Shown: one piece after another, positions 1 to 12,621 of the stretch
Position numbering within the stretch: position 1 is the first letter of the stretch
Layout of the letters: each line of letters opens with the position of its first letter
NCBI GenBank assembly: GCA_051942205.1
Contig: JAVECO010000085.1
Span: 1 to 64,000, forward strand
Direction: 5' to 3'
From: Coniocarpon cinnabarinum
Taxonomy: Eukaryota
Length of the DNA stretch: 64,000 nucleotides
Notes under the pieces: model-generated
Told to the model about the DNA's origin: nothing
The model's input: only the letters and a program-made list of their open reading frames with translations
The model's database searches: none
Made by a program: the position numbers and the translations under genes

Positions 1-321
1 GGTTGGGATGAGGTTGGAGGTGAGGATGGGGTCGAAGCGGGGATGGAGAGATGAATGAGCTCAGGAGAGAGTAAGGAGATCGAACGAGAACTGCGCACTT
101 TGCGTAGCATTTACGAATTGAGGCACGTCAGAAGGTGGCGAGAGGTTCAGATGCAAGGTGACAAGAGTTGACAGGGTGTTTCGATACATCGAGGGTGAAA
201 CACATGTCAGATGCATGGAAGGCGCTGAATAAGGCAAAGGATTTGCCATCATGACGCATGTTGCCGGCGATGCATTATAGATTCACAGATACCCAACAGT
301 ACACTGTACATATTCAAACAT

Positions 322-1798
322 CTACTTCGTCTTTGCTTTTTCAATTGGCGGTCTCTTCAATCCTCCGAACACCAGAGCCGTCACGGCGAGCATGCCTGCT
401 CCGCCGGTGAAATAGGCTGTTGGTCTGTCTGTCCACCAGTATAGCGAGCAGAAGATGAGTGGACCAAGTGAACGTCCGATTTGACCTGCGTGATCCCCGT
501 CAGCATCATTGAAACCATTGCAAGCGTAAATCTGTTTTCAAAGCTTACCCAGACTGCGGTGATTTCCAAGTCGCCCTCCTCTTTTCGTAGCCTCCGCCTC
601 AAAGCTCGTGAGACTGTTGAGTCCAGTCACCACCGTAGCGCTGGTCACCGCCAGTAGACTCGCAGCAACATATAGCATCCTCACACTGTCCAGCGTTGCC
701 AGCACGAAAAATGCAATAGTTGCGGCTGCCACGCCGATCTGCACGCTCAGCAGAGGATGCAGCCTCCTCGTGACGGCCCCCTGCAGAATGCTTGCGACAA
801 GGCCAATGAAACCCAGCAGCCGTCCGTTCTCCTTCGATGAGTATTCAAAGAGGTCGTACGTCATGAACGTAAGGGAGAACTCCATACCAGAGAAGAAGAG
901 GATGAATGCCAAATGAGCAGAATTGAGAACGAAGAACGAATTCGTGCGCGTCCTACTCGTATTTTTGATTTGCTGTTTCTTCTCTGTTGACCCGTTGGCT
1001 TGCGCTTTACCTTCGTATTTTGTAGCACTTGGAAGAGTTTCCGGCAAGCTGAAGTACAGGTAAATCGTCTCGGTCACTATCAGAAACAGACTGAACCCCG
1101 CCGCGGCGACAAATGGGTTCGCCGCCACTGTCGTGAGACCTGCAAGCCACGCCCCAAGCGCAGGTCCAAACGTAAATGCAATCGAGAAGCAAGCGCCCAC
1201 GAGCGCCATTGTCGCTCCGCGTTGCGACTCATCCGAGATATCTGTCGCAATCGCAGTCGCAAGCTGGACGTTACCCTCGCTAAGGCCACCGACGACGCGA
1301 CTGGCAAGGAAAGTCCGGAAGTCCGTAGCGGCGACCCAGAGGGCGACAGAAAGAATATTGCCCATCATACTCCACATAAGCGCAGTGCGGCGGCCATACT
1401 GGTCGGAAAGCCGACCAATCACGGGCGAGGCCAGGGCCTGGCAGAGAGAAAAGAGGGAACCGAGAGCGCCACCGAGGAGGACAATATCGTAGCGGGAGTT
1501 GATGGGGCGGGCGAAGGCATTTTTGTAGGCGTTCAGGTAGTGGAGAATGCGTGTGAGGATTGTGGGAGAGGAATCAAGAGAGGTGCTGCTGTTGCGGGTC
1601 TCGCGATCGCGGTAGAATTCGAGGAGTTTTGGGAAGAGAGGGAGGATAAAGGTGAAGGAGATCTGGTGTATACAAATTAGTTCGTGAGAGCCAATGCACT
1701 GAGGATTGTAGACTTACAAGGTCGAGGAGCAATGAGATGAAGAGGACTCGAAGAATCTTGCGGCGCTGTCGCGATTGCGGAGGCTGTGCTGCTTCCAT
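322..1798 (-). CDS. MFS transporter (tetracycline-efflux/MFSD10-like), spliced
   Basis: ATG at 1798 (MEAAQPPQSRQRRKILRVLFISLLLDL), GT-AG introns, MFS motif A 'GRLSDQYGRR', many hydrophobic helices in ORF 538..1422; last exon stops at TAG 322-324. Confidence 0.85.
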
Positions 1799-2124
1799 GG
1801 TGGCAGGCTTCGAGTTTAGATACACGAGCGATGGCCTTTCAATGCATAATCGAACATGGAGATCACAGCGGACAATGGACTCAGACGAATTTAAGACCTT
1901 GAATCAGTACCTCACTCTCAAAAAGTTGCCTCGGCGCTAGGATGACGATCATCCAAATACGAAACCAAGCTTCGCCAATGATAGCCTTTCAGTTACCCAA
2001 TTTAGATGATTGGGTGACCAATTCAGTGGGGCTACCAAATGAGCCGCGGCTCCGGTAACTGTCGTCCTGTCGTCTTGTTTCCTCGTCACGTCTGCATAAG
2101 AGTTGGCAGCGCGTTCCCTAGCCA

Positions 2125-2878
2125 ATGACTGAAAATGATCAAATTGCAAGGGCTGAAGCTCGAGCTGCGGTGGAAGCCATCTACGAACGGTACTTGAAGA
2201 TTGTAGAGCACAGAAGAGCGCAAGGGCTCCCTGAGGTGTGTTGGCTTTCTTGAAGCTGTTGAAGCATTGATTCTAACGAAGTGGTGCTTGCAAAGTAGCT
2301 GTTCGATTATGATTGCATGTCCCGCGTTGAGCTCCTTGATGCAGGATCCGAAGGTACTGTCACGTACAAATTCAAGGTCAGGCTGAAATATGCGAATGCC
2401 AACAGTCAGTCAGATGGACCCCACTTCCTTTGCGATGAAGCTAAACTTGTGAGATGTCGTCCACGGTGGCGCATATGGCGTGCTCTTCGGTACGCTTCCA
2501 ACTAAACCAAGTCTCCCTGGCGAACGCTTGCTCACTTTCCCAGATATGTTCACTACAACCGCCCTTGGCCCTATTAGCCGGCCCGGATACTGGGAGTTCC
2601 AAGGAGGCGTCACTCGTAATCTGAATATCTCGTATCTCCGCGGAATACCTCTCAATTCCACAGTGCTCTTCCGCTCAAGAGTTATCCAGCATGGCAAGAC
2701 CGCCGCCTTAATATATGGCGAAGCGCTATCTGAAGATGGAAAGAAAGTTTATGCAACTGCAGAACATCATAAGATCAACGTGCCTATGCCGCCGGAACAC
2801 AAAGCTATACGGGTCAAGTGGGACGATGTCATGGATCAGAAGATGAAGAAAGCGAGTACACCACAAGGGAAGCTGTGA
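2125..2878 (+). CDS. Hotdog-fold thioesterase (PaaI/ACOT13-like), spliced
   Basis: ATG at 2125; pieces 'VHGGA', 'DMFTTTALGP', 'GGVTRNLNISYLRGIP...VIQHGKTAALIYGE...YATAEHHK' are typical of fungal 4HBT-family thioesterases. Confidence 0.8.
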
Positions 2879-4211
2879 AAGCTCCACGCCAAGTAGGGTG
2901 CACCTCGCACTGCAGCATTGAAGAGCGAAAAGATATCAGTATCGGCCCATTGCAGGCTTTTGACTCTGTCAGAGACAAGCTTGGGGCATGCAGGTTGCCC
3001 CGATGGACAGTATATTTCGTCTTACAAAGGATACAAGCTTTTGCTCATGCGCCCCGTCTACTACTTCAGCCTCTAACGCGTCGATGAGTCTGTTGCTTTC
3101 CCAATCACATCATCTTTGCGTAAGTTATCAATGGTGTGCGTCTCAATCCATTTTGAGGTTGACTTATCTCAGTAGCTTTTCTTTGGGTCGTCGTTGTGGC
3201 GTAAATTACGACCCTAGGCTGGGTAGCTGGTGCGTCATCTATCCTGTCTACGCAATCAATTGGCCCAGCCTGTGCTTCAAGCTTCCAGCTTCCAGCTTTA
3301 ATTAATCACATCCTAATAGCGCTGTCGCGTACGTGCAGATCGAAGGGACTATTCCACAAGGACGCTGACTTAACTGGCAGCAAGACAAACAAACTTCTCC
3401 CTTCCAATAGAGGGAATCAATTAAGTGACTGACTTATCTGGCTCAGTACATGCACAATATCGAAATGCCAAAGGCAAGTCTCTATCACCATGGTCCATCA
3501 CTCGGACGGCTCCGCCGTTAGGGTCTTGGGACCGACTGCAATCTTCCATCCACCTGGCTGTTCTTTTCTTTACTTTCAAATTTTCGGATCAGATTAATAT
3601 ATGCTGCGGCTAAGTCGGGAGATTCTAATAGGTCATGTCATTGAAGGACCATCGCTTGTGGCTGCGCTGGCCTTTCGAAGACGCATTAGTTGACCCAGAA
3701 AGCTCCTTAGACCTTTGGTGGATAAAGCGGTGTTATCCACGCAATCGCACATGCAGAGCAAATGCAAATGCGTCTGGCGCGAGTTACGAACATCGCAAGA
3801 CCAACCAAGCCACTGATCTTTGCGCAGATATGCATTTTACATGGTCGGTTACCGCCCCAGTATAGGGAAACCTTATTTCCAGCGTGTACACGGTGCACGC
3901 TTTACTTTAGAGGCTGGCTATGACCATGTGCCGCGCAGACGAGCGACTCTGGCATTTTAAAGCACTGAAACACAACTGGTGGGTCTGTTGGCCTGCCTAG
4001 AGCATGCTATGGTAGAAGCTTTCGCACAGGAAACGTTTAGCCAATCCTACGGCGCTAGGTCATAGCTGCAAGCTGTTCATAATATGTTCACCTGTTCCCA
4101 CTTTGATTCTTCAAACCTTTGATGCGCATTGCTTTAAGAGACCTCATTTGCACCTTCTAAGCAGTAGCAGGAAAACAGCCGAACAAACAACTATCTTCAA
4201 ACATCGTGAAG

Positions 4212-4701
4212 ATGCCCTCCAAAAAGTCAAGCCAGAAACAAAGTGGCCCTCAGCCTGTACGGTCTGACCGCTCACGGCCACGACCAAGGGCTCCTCAGCA
4301 GCAGCCCTAGAACGATGATACCGATGACGACGACAACGCTGGAGAAGGATCCTCAACGCAGGCTCCTGTGGATCCGTTCCAGTTCCAACACGATGACTCC
4401 GGCAACCCTCCTGTGCATCCTACTTATATGCACCACCTACAACCCGCTGTATGTGAAAGTCAACTAGGAAAGAAGACCTCGTGCTAAATGAAGCTCGATG
4501 CAGGACCGTTTCAGAACCTTGAGAGACGAGCACAACGAGCAGTATCAGCCTGAGCAGCCCGTTACGGAACACGAAACCTCCGAGTTCTGGCGCCAGATCT
4601 GGCAGCATCACTGGCACGAGCTTCAGCATCCTGGGTTTCATCACTCATTCCGTCACTGGCTGCCAATTTTTCGAGGTGAGCAGCAAAACTCGTCACAGTA
4701 G
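4212..4701 (+). CDS. Small hypothetical protein; in-frame TAG at 4308-4310 or a 54-nt intron
   Basis: ATG 4212 reads MPSKKSSQ...QQQP*NDDTDDDD...LQPA, then a canonical intron 4449-4503 (GTATGT...GCTAAA...CAG) joins in frame to ORF 4498..4701. Confidence 0.4.
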
Positions 4702-5401
4702 CAACGGAATCATTCACGGCGGCAGAACGCGCATGGCACAGCGAGAGCGACCTTCTGTCTAGTATGAATCATACACGCAGGATACAGCTTGTGTAGAATT
4801 GCTAACGAGACTACTGACGGTCCGCTCCCTGTTTTGCTCAGCTCCAGACCTGATCATTGTCTGGCAGCCTTTAGATATCATCGAGCTTTGATTGAGAGCA
4901 ACACAAAAGGCCTCAGCATGTGCTAGACGCTCATGACAAACAATTTGACTCCGATACACACTAGACCACAATTTGCTGCCGTCCTAAGCATAAGTTCACA
5001 ATCTATTTCATGTGAGAGTCTGCCCCAGGCAATGACAATCTTCAACATTATCGAGTGTCCGTTGGAACGCTGCAAATTTTCTCCCATGCCATTTCATTGC
5101 TTGAAAGCTTGCAGCATCTTTAGAATGTCTGATAAATATTGAACCTATTCGTACAACAGAGAAAGCGCTGATTTCAACACGTGACAGCGCGTGGAAATTT
5201 CGTGTTGTTCCTTCGATATATATCTATTTCCCGCAACGATTTAATTTATTAATTCCTGGTCGCAACCTATCTCTGCCCTACACCTCAATTATGTAAAAGA
5301 CGCAAAAACGTTCTCCGATTCTTTGACCGCTCGTCGCCCAATAACACATATGTGTACTCAGACATACATTTTCCCCTCACTGGGTTTTTGCGGCGCCGGA
5401 C

Positions 5402-7121
5402 TCAAGTACTAACATTTGTGCTTTTGCTCGAGCTTTGAGCCCACCATGACAAACTGAAGGCCCGCATCTGTGAGCCTTTCCACATCAACACGACAATCAG
5501 ACAAAAAGCGAATATGCTGAAAAAAGCTGCCATGCCAAAGACCCATCCAACTCCCACCCGCTCCTCCCATTGGTTTATGAAGAACGGGATGATCAGGCCC
5601 AAGAGTAGTCGCCATACATTCATCGCTGTACCCACTTCTTGTGGATTGCGCTCGAAAGTTTCCACAATGTAGTTGATCGCCACTGGTACTCCTGCGACTG
5701 CGCTGAAAGAGATGAAGAAACTGCCCAATGCCAGCACCATGTAGTGGAGATGGTACTGCAGAGAGGCTCCAAAAAGTCCAAGCCCCACGGGCATCGTCAG
5801 CAAGCCTGGGATCCATAGAGAATGTAGACGATATTCCGGCATCCAGACGCCGCCGTGTCTCTTGGCAAAACGAATTGGTATGCGGTCGTTCAATGTGTAA
5901 CCATATATCTGGGCGACAAGTACCCCAATCCAAAATGAGAACAAGAATGCAGCATTCTGCTGGGGATCAAATCCATATCCTTTCGGCTCCGGTTCTTGAA
6001 GAAATATCGAAAGCAGTGAGTTGATCAGAACTCCCCAACCGAAGTTGACGAAGTTGAATATGCCGATGAAGATTGTCGCAGGACTGAAAAAAATTGTGAA
6101 AGGGACCACCATCCGTCTGAGGTATTCCATAAGACCAATCCTTCCACCAGGGGGGCTACCAGGCACGAAAGTCTTGGCCCGCTGCAGCAGCCACGAGGTC
6201 TGGTGCGCATTGTCCATGCGCTTGGTGGGTTCTCGATCAAAGTTTGTCTCTTCTACGAAACAGAACACCAAAATGGCCAGCAAACCCTGCAGGCCAACTG
6301 ACCACCAAAAAGCAACAGGCCAATGCGTGTATTGAATAATGAATCCGCAAAAGGTTGGTCCGGCCACGACTCCTGTGCATAGTTGTTAGTGTCTGGTGTC
6401 ATAGGCTTTCTGATGAAACAGCCTAAGTCGACTTACCAATCGTGAAGAACGTCGAGTATATAGCAAACGCTCGACCCCTCTCATGGAGGAAGAAGATGTT
6501 CACAATGATGCCGTTCCCAAGAATTTGAGGTACTGATCCAACAAGTCCTCCGAACAATCGTGAGATGACAAATGCATCGTAATCATCGCTACTGGTCATC
6601 TCCGCTGACCAGATGCCGAACATTGCCATTGCGATTAAACTCCAAAAAACGCAAGAACTTATACCGACTACGTGCGCGAGAGGTGCCAGTAGAATCGGCC
6701 CTGCCATTAACCCAGCTATCGCGGATGACACCTTGAGATGATTTCATTAGTTACCACGACTCCCATTTTTTCATTGCAAATTCCTCACTGAGTAGCTCAT
6801 GTCAGTAGCCGTCACCCTATACGCTTTTGCTTGTATGACCAGCGCGTTTGCGTGGGCAATGGTAGACGCGAGTCCCGCGAAGGAGGCGAAACAGACGATC
6901 AAGAATGTTGTGTATTTGCGCCATTCTGGCCAGTTCTAGAGAAGACGACCATGTCAGCTCGACACCGTTTCACAGTTTGTTCACGACTATCAAGGCATGA
7001 TACATACAAGAGGATCCCGTGGGTCATCGCTCGGCTGTGGCACCAGCACCACGCCGTCACGAGTTTTCTTCGTTGCTCCTTTCTCTTCAATCTCGTGACT
7101 GGAAACGTCTTTGCGATCCAT
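5402..7121 (-). CDS. MFS transporter (DHA1/HOL1-like), spliced
   Basis: Starts MDRKDVSSHEIEEK...GVVLVPQPSDDPRDPL|NWPEWRK, a typical fungal MFS N-terminus; 'FFLHERGRAFAIYS', 'MPEYRL'; multiple TM helices in ORFs 6423..6731 and 5402..6367. Confidence 0.85.
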
Positions 7122-8118
7122 TCTTGAATGGCTTCAGCGCTTCCTTGGGGGAGTCAAGAATGATGCACGTTCGAACACAAAATGGTAAGCTCAATGCTTT
7201 CACCAGCGTGGGGATCGAGCAAGGCTGAGGTTTGGTAAGAGGAGACGCCGCGGAACCGTCTAATAAACGTGGTAGCCATAAGCAGCTAACCTCGCCTGAG
7301 ACCTGTTGGGTCCCCGGTAAGGGGAAGTTTGAAGCAACAGCCGAAGCGCAACCTAGGGCGCGGACCGGACCGGACCCATCGACACTTTGACAGCTTCGCG
7401 CGACACCCGTCGCAATCTCCAAATTTGCACCCTGATCGCTCAACGACAGAGATGATATCGAGTACAAAAATCAAGTAATGTAGGTCTCCTTAGGTCCAAA
7501 AGATTCGCACTGAAGCTCGTCATTCTAACGCGCTCCAGCTTTTTTCCCAGAACCGTCCCGTGAAAAGGGATGACCCACAGCTACATGCGCCCCGCCCTTG
7601 CATGCAGCTCGCGACTCAGCGCCAATTGAAATGAGAGCCGAGGGAATGCGACACGCATGTTCTTAGCACTGGTTTGGGAAATGATCTACGTTCGGAAACG
7701 ATATCCCGGCCAACAGACTACGACAAGATGAAAGCGAGCTCGCAGGCGTGATTCGTGAAAACATTGCTGCAGACAATCCGCTTGTTCTTCAGCTGAGTCA
7801 TGATGCCTTACTTCAGTGACAACGTGGCAATGCACCTTGCAGGTGCCGCGCCGAAACGAGCAAATTATGTGATGCTGACCCCTGGCTGTCTCAGTACCTG
7901 ACTCTGATCGGTACAAATGAGGTGGGGTTGTGCGGTTAGCGAATTGCGCACCACCGATTGGCCTGATGTTGCTACAGCAAATCTCGGCAACCACGAGGCG
8001 CGGCGTTGTTCAAAATCGACAGCTCAATGCTTCTGCATTGCAGCACAGGTAGTCGACTCATGCTCTCCAGCTGCTTCTGACCTCGCCATTGCTGTGTGAA
8101 AACACGATTACTGGAGCA

Positions 8119-9576
8119 ATGGTCAATCTAGTCTCGTATACTGGCAGAGAACGACAGCCTGCGGTCTTGGGAGTCACCATCCTCATCATTCTTCTTGCTA
8201 TCATTGCAGTTGTGTTGAGATTTTGGGCAAGGACCTTGGCACGCGTAGGACTGTGGTACGATGACTGGCTAATTTTAATTGCACTTGTAAGTATTGGTCG
8301 TGCTTGATCAAGCCTCAATACCTGGAAGATCACAACTCACGGAATGTTCGTGTGAGCAGAGCCCTGCGCTGGCGCTGGATGCGCTGCTGTTGTATGACAT
8401 ATCGCTCGGCTTTGGAATTCATCCAGCGCGAGACACTCTGGAGAACTACCCAACTTTCTTCAAGACCTTTTATGCAACAGAGATACTCTACGACATCGCC
8501 TTGACATTTGTGAAGCTGTCCATACTGGTCTTGTTCCACCGCATTTTCCCTACCCGCTTTGTACGCATATCAGTCTGGGTTTTGGGTATTTTGTCAATTG
8601 CCTGGCTCATATGTAAGGCACACACGGAGTCGCTTTGCTGTGACGAGTTTTAGCTGACCACACCGCAGCGACTGGCTTCGCCATCATATTCCAATGTACG
8701 CCTATATCGAAAACATGGTCAGTAAATTGAAGCGAGGGCATGGCATCAATTTGACGGTCGATTGATGATTACGATACAGGAATCGCGAAGAGCCCGGAAC
8801 TTGTACAGATCTGCTATCGTTTCTGCTGGGTCAGGGCGTCGTGAGTATCGTGATTGACGTCGCGATGTTCTGTCTCCCAATACGGCCAGTATGGTCATTG
8901 CAAATGCCTGTGGCTCGAAAGCTAGCAGTCTGCGCTATCTTCATGATTGGATTCTTGTGGGTTACATTCGACACAACAATTTATCAAGCTAACAAAACCC
9001 TAGTGCTGTCATCTGCAGTATCGTCCGTCTTGTATATGTTGCGATTGTTGCGCTTCAAACAGCCGATCCTAGCACCATATTTTGTGAGTTCCTAGCAACA
9101 CGTGTTTGACCTAAGAAAGGCTCTGACTTTGTGTCAATCAAGACAATTGGGTTCCTGGCGAACTTTGGACGGCAGTGGAGCTCAACATCTGCATCGTCTG
9201 CGCGTGTCTTCCCTCTATGCGGCCAATTGTGGCCCTCGCATCGAGAGTCCTCTCTTCAACAGTTCACTACCGTACGCCGGGTGGAGAACACTACATCCGG
9301 ACAACATCGCAAGTAGACAGCTCTCAGAAGAACACCAAAAACATGAACACTTCGGATCTAGAAGACAGCGGAAAGCTGCTCGATACGGACGGTCGGAGCA
9401 CTAGACTGGCATATGGGGGACCGCATCAAGACGCCATCGAGATGGACGTCTTTGCGGCACTGGAGACGGGCCACAGAGACGATGCGAAGCTGAAAGTCCT
9501 CGGAGACGACGGGATCGGGATGCAACGGGATGTCGAAGTTTTCGAAGACGATCGACCCAAGAGAATGCACAGATAA
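8119..9576 (+). CDS. Pth11-like integral membrane protein (fungal rhodopsin-like domain, no CFEM), spliced
   Basis: 'VVLRFWAR...LWYDDWLILIAL', 'GFGIH', 'FVKLSILVLFHRIF', 'IFQCTPI', 'IDVAMFCLPIRPVWSLQMP', 'ELNICIVCACLPSMRP'. Confidence 0.88.
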
Positions 9577-10236
9577 TTCAAGAACTAAAAAAGCTGCAAG
9601 ATGACTGCATGTACATTCAAAAAGATCTATGTTTCTATCTGAACATCGTTGGTGTAGCGTCGGCCGTCGAAGAGAAGCTCTCTCGAAACGGACATCATCA
9701 CCAGGGCGGTCGCACTTTTCCATTGAATGCGGCAAACATGTGTGCAGCTTCAAATTCTCATTCGAGTATCATACTCGAGCTGGATGCAAGCGTCGGGTCC
9801 CTTCTGCTACAGGTACGAGCTTCGATACCTCTCCTTAGTCATGTTGCATTTGTGGCGCAGGTACACGCTGTGCGACATTCCTCTAACGGCTCCTCCCTGC
9901 AGGCGGAACATGTCGTCTGTACCCCGAGTGTGATGAAACTGCGTTGCATAGTCCTCCTGCATAGTCTTCGAATCATCAACGGGTCCGTCATTTGCCGGTG
10001 TCATGCACATGTGAGCGTCCTTTCGCTTCGAGGTGCAACGTTCCACATCTGCCGTCATGAGGCGTAGTTCACGCGTCGGCTGTTATAAGAAGTCGTCCTC
10101 CCACGTCACGTGTTTTTCTTCACGAGCTCATCAAAGGGAAGGCCTCAAGCACGTGTTTTCTCTTGACAGGTGACGATTGAGCGTCCCTGCTGTCCAAAGT
10201 GATCCCAAGATCCAACAGACCGGCTGGAGTGCAGTC

Positions 10237-11392
10237 ATGGCCAAAGACAACTACAACATCGAACGCGGCCTCGTTCCCGCTCTGAGACTCAACCTCCAAC
10301 AGTACATCTGGCGAGACGCGCTAGGCTACGATCTGCACCCCAGCATTGACACGCATGACCCGCGCCTCAAAGTTGCCGACGTCGGCACGGGCACCGGGTA
10401 CGTTTCCGCTTATCTCTGTCCTGTCAATGAAACGGCCTTCAAACCTCCTCGTCCAACCCCTCTCCTTTCCCAGCCTCGCCATCAAACCTCCAGTCCACCT
10501 GCATCCCCAACATTCAACGGCTGCGCCATTGCCAGTCGTGTGGGCCGCTCGGCAGATGCTGACAGACCTTGCTGAAGGATCTGGCTCGTAAAGCTATCGA
10601 GCCAATTAGCACCGACTGCGCAATTGGACGGTTTCGACATCTCGTCTGATCAATTTCCACATGAGTCATCTTTGCCACCGAATGTGCACTTGCATACGAG
10701 TAATGCGCTCGAGCCTTGTCCGCCGGAACTGCGTGGCAAGTACGATGTGGTCAACCTAAGGCTGTTCCTGGCCGTTGTCAAGAACGATGACCCGACGGCA
10801 TTGCTGCAGCACGTGTGCAGCTTACTGAGTAAGTGCTGATGATTGCTTGCTGTAGGGGGTTGCCAAGCTATGTAGTCAGAAGAAGTCTTCGTTTAGCTGA
10901 CTCGGTGCATCTGGATTACAGAGCCTGGGGGCTTCTTGCAGTGGTGCGAGTGGGATAGCATCGAGCAGAAGCCGATTAAAATTGGGGATACTGAGAGCGC
11001 GGTGGCAAAGGTGTGCGAAGTGCTCAACTGGTTTCCGAAAGGGTATCCACCGAATATCTTTTGCTGACACGTACTTCGAACCGCTAATTACGCACAGATG
11101 GGTAGCCCGCCTGCCACAGGAGTTCCAGAAACAAGGTCTCAAAGTCCTAGCGAATCACCGTTGTCGAGAGAAACCATGGCAGCGCGAGATGCTGCTCGAC
11201 AACTCGTGTCTCGTCGTTGAAGAGTTCAGCTCACGAATGTTAAGGAACTTGAGCGATGCTGAAGAGAAGAGGAAGTACGAGGCTCTGCCAGCTGTCGCCC
11301 AACAAGCAAAATTGGACGCCAGGAGGGGAGCATATTTTTCGCAAGTTTTCCAAGTTGTAGTTGGCCAAAAGGGTACCAGAAGTAAATTGTAA
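10237..11392 (+). CDS. Class I SAM-dependent methyltransferase (LaeA-like family), spliced
   Basis: 'RLNLQQYIW...LHPSI', motif I 'VADVGTGTGIWL' across intron 10399-10578, 'LDGFDISSDQFP', 'YDVVNLRL', 'PGGFLQWCE'. Confidence 0.85.
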
Positions 11393-11598
11393 GTTTGCCA
11401 AAATCATAGTCTATGCTGTGCTTTAAAAAGCGTTCGCGGACAAGGTTGGCAACCATTGACACCATCAGACCTGGCTTGACTTCGGTAGTGTCCAAGTGGC
11501 GAATGAATTGTTTCAAGCCGTCAAAGGAGGCGCAGACCTAAAGGGAAAGCTGAGGCGCTCTGCTGAAAGGCGGTTGGGTTAGAGATGCAATCTTGGCC

Positions 11599-12621
11599 TC
11601 AAAGACGAAGCCAGTATTCAGCGACAAGCCCGCTCAGAATAGCGGGCCCTGTGATTAGTCCGCTATAAACAAACCACCATTTGCAACTTGCTGGATCGTC
11701 CAACTTGACGTTCTCCAATTTTACCACGAGCGTCAACATAGTCAATGCGACCGATAAAATCCAGTACGGAGATGTAATAGCACAACTCATGTAGGTCCCA
11801 CATGCTGCGAGGCAGACGATCTGAGCGGCGGCAATAGCAAAGAGGAGCATCTTCCCAGACCGTGGATCTTTGAAGGTGACAGCTACGCTGTGAACACCGG
11901 CATTGATATCATCTTTGACATCTTGATAGCTGTACATCATTTCATAGCAGAGATTCCAGAGGACGTTGGCGGCGTATAACGCTGCTATTGATGCTTCGCT
12001 GCTCGAACCGATTCCAGCATCCGTCCAAACGACATGACTTGTCGGTGGAGCAATCGCAACCATAGCTGCCTCCCCTATGACGACGCCCCACGCTATGGTA
12101 AGAGCGCAGACAACTTGTGGGACGTCTGTCACTCGTTTGGCGAATGGGTAGAATGCTGCTCCAATGATAGCTGGGACTGTGGAGACTGCACAAGCGGACG
12201 GGAAAAGAACGAGAAATGCTGCTGCGCAGATGCTCTGGAATATGATGAAGGTGAACGCGCCGGAAGGAGTGATGGCGCCTCTGGCAATGGGTCGATTGCG
12301 ACACCGTATGACCTGTCGATCAAGAGGTGCGTCGACGAGATCATTCCAAGAACACACTGCTCCTCGCACAAAGATTGTAGCAACTAGGAGGAGGACACTG
12401 GTTCTTGCTAAAGCAAATACTTCCGCTTGTTTCAGAATAGCAGCATGCACTGCTCCGTACAGATGTGGCAGGTAGAAGTAGAGAAAACCGTGAGGTCGAT
12501 CGAGTCGCATAAGCTGGAGGAAAGGAATGACTGCAACTGGTACCAGTTTCCAAAATTCGTGTGTACTGTCACTGGTTACAATTTGATTGTCGCGGCTGCC
12601 TTTCCGAACTTTCTCTTCCAT
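11599..12621 (-). CDS. UbiA-family (COQ2-like) aromatic polyprenyltransferase, intronless
   Basis: 'QLMRLDRPHG', Asp-rich motifs 'WNDLVDAPLDRQVIRCRNRP' and 'YSYQDVKDD', 'YPFAKRVT', multiple TMs; first ATG at 12621, no obvious mitochondrial presequence. Confidence 0.9.
   Translation of the reverse strand: MEEKVRKGSRDNQIVTSDSTHEFWKLVPVAVIPFLQLMRLDRPHGFLYFYLPHLYGAVHAAILKQAEVFALARTSVLLLVATIFVRGAVCSWNDLVDAPLDRQVIRCRNRPIARGAITPSGAFTFIIFQSICAAAFLVLFPSACAVSTVPAIIGAAFYPFAKRVTDVPQVVCALTIAWGVVIGEAAMVAIAPPTSHVVWTDAGIGSSSEASIAALYAANVLWNLCYEMMYSYQDVKDDINAGVHSVAVTFKDPRSGKMLLFAIAAAQIVCLAACGTYMSCAITSPYWILSVALTMLTLVVKLENVKLDDPASCKWWFVYSGLITGPAILSGLVAEYWLRL

Noticed and set aside
1000..1680. 226-aa plus-strand ORF and similar long antisense ORFs (e.g. 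19994..20644, 50287..50862, 57652..58155)
   Set aside because: They are shadows of real genes on the opposite strand and have no recognisable motifs.
7361..7376. (CGGAC)x3 in the MFS/Pth11-like divergent promoter as a Zn2Cys6 binding site
   Set aside because: CGG triplets are common and no cognate regulator is present in the window.
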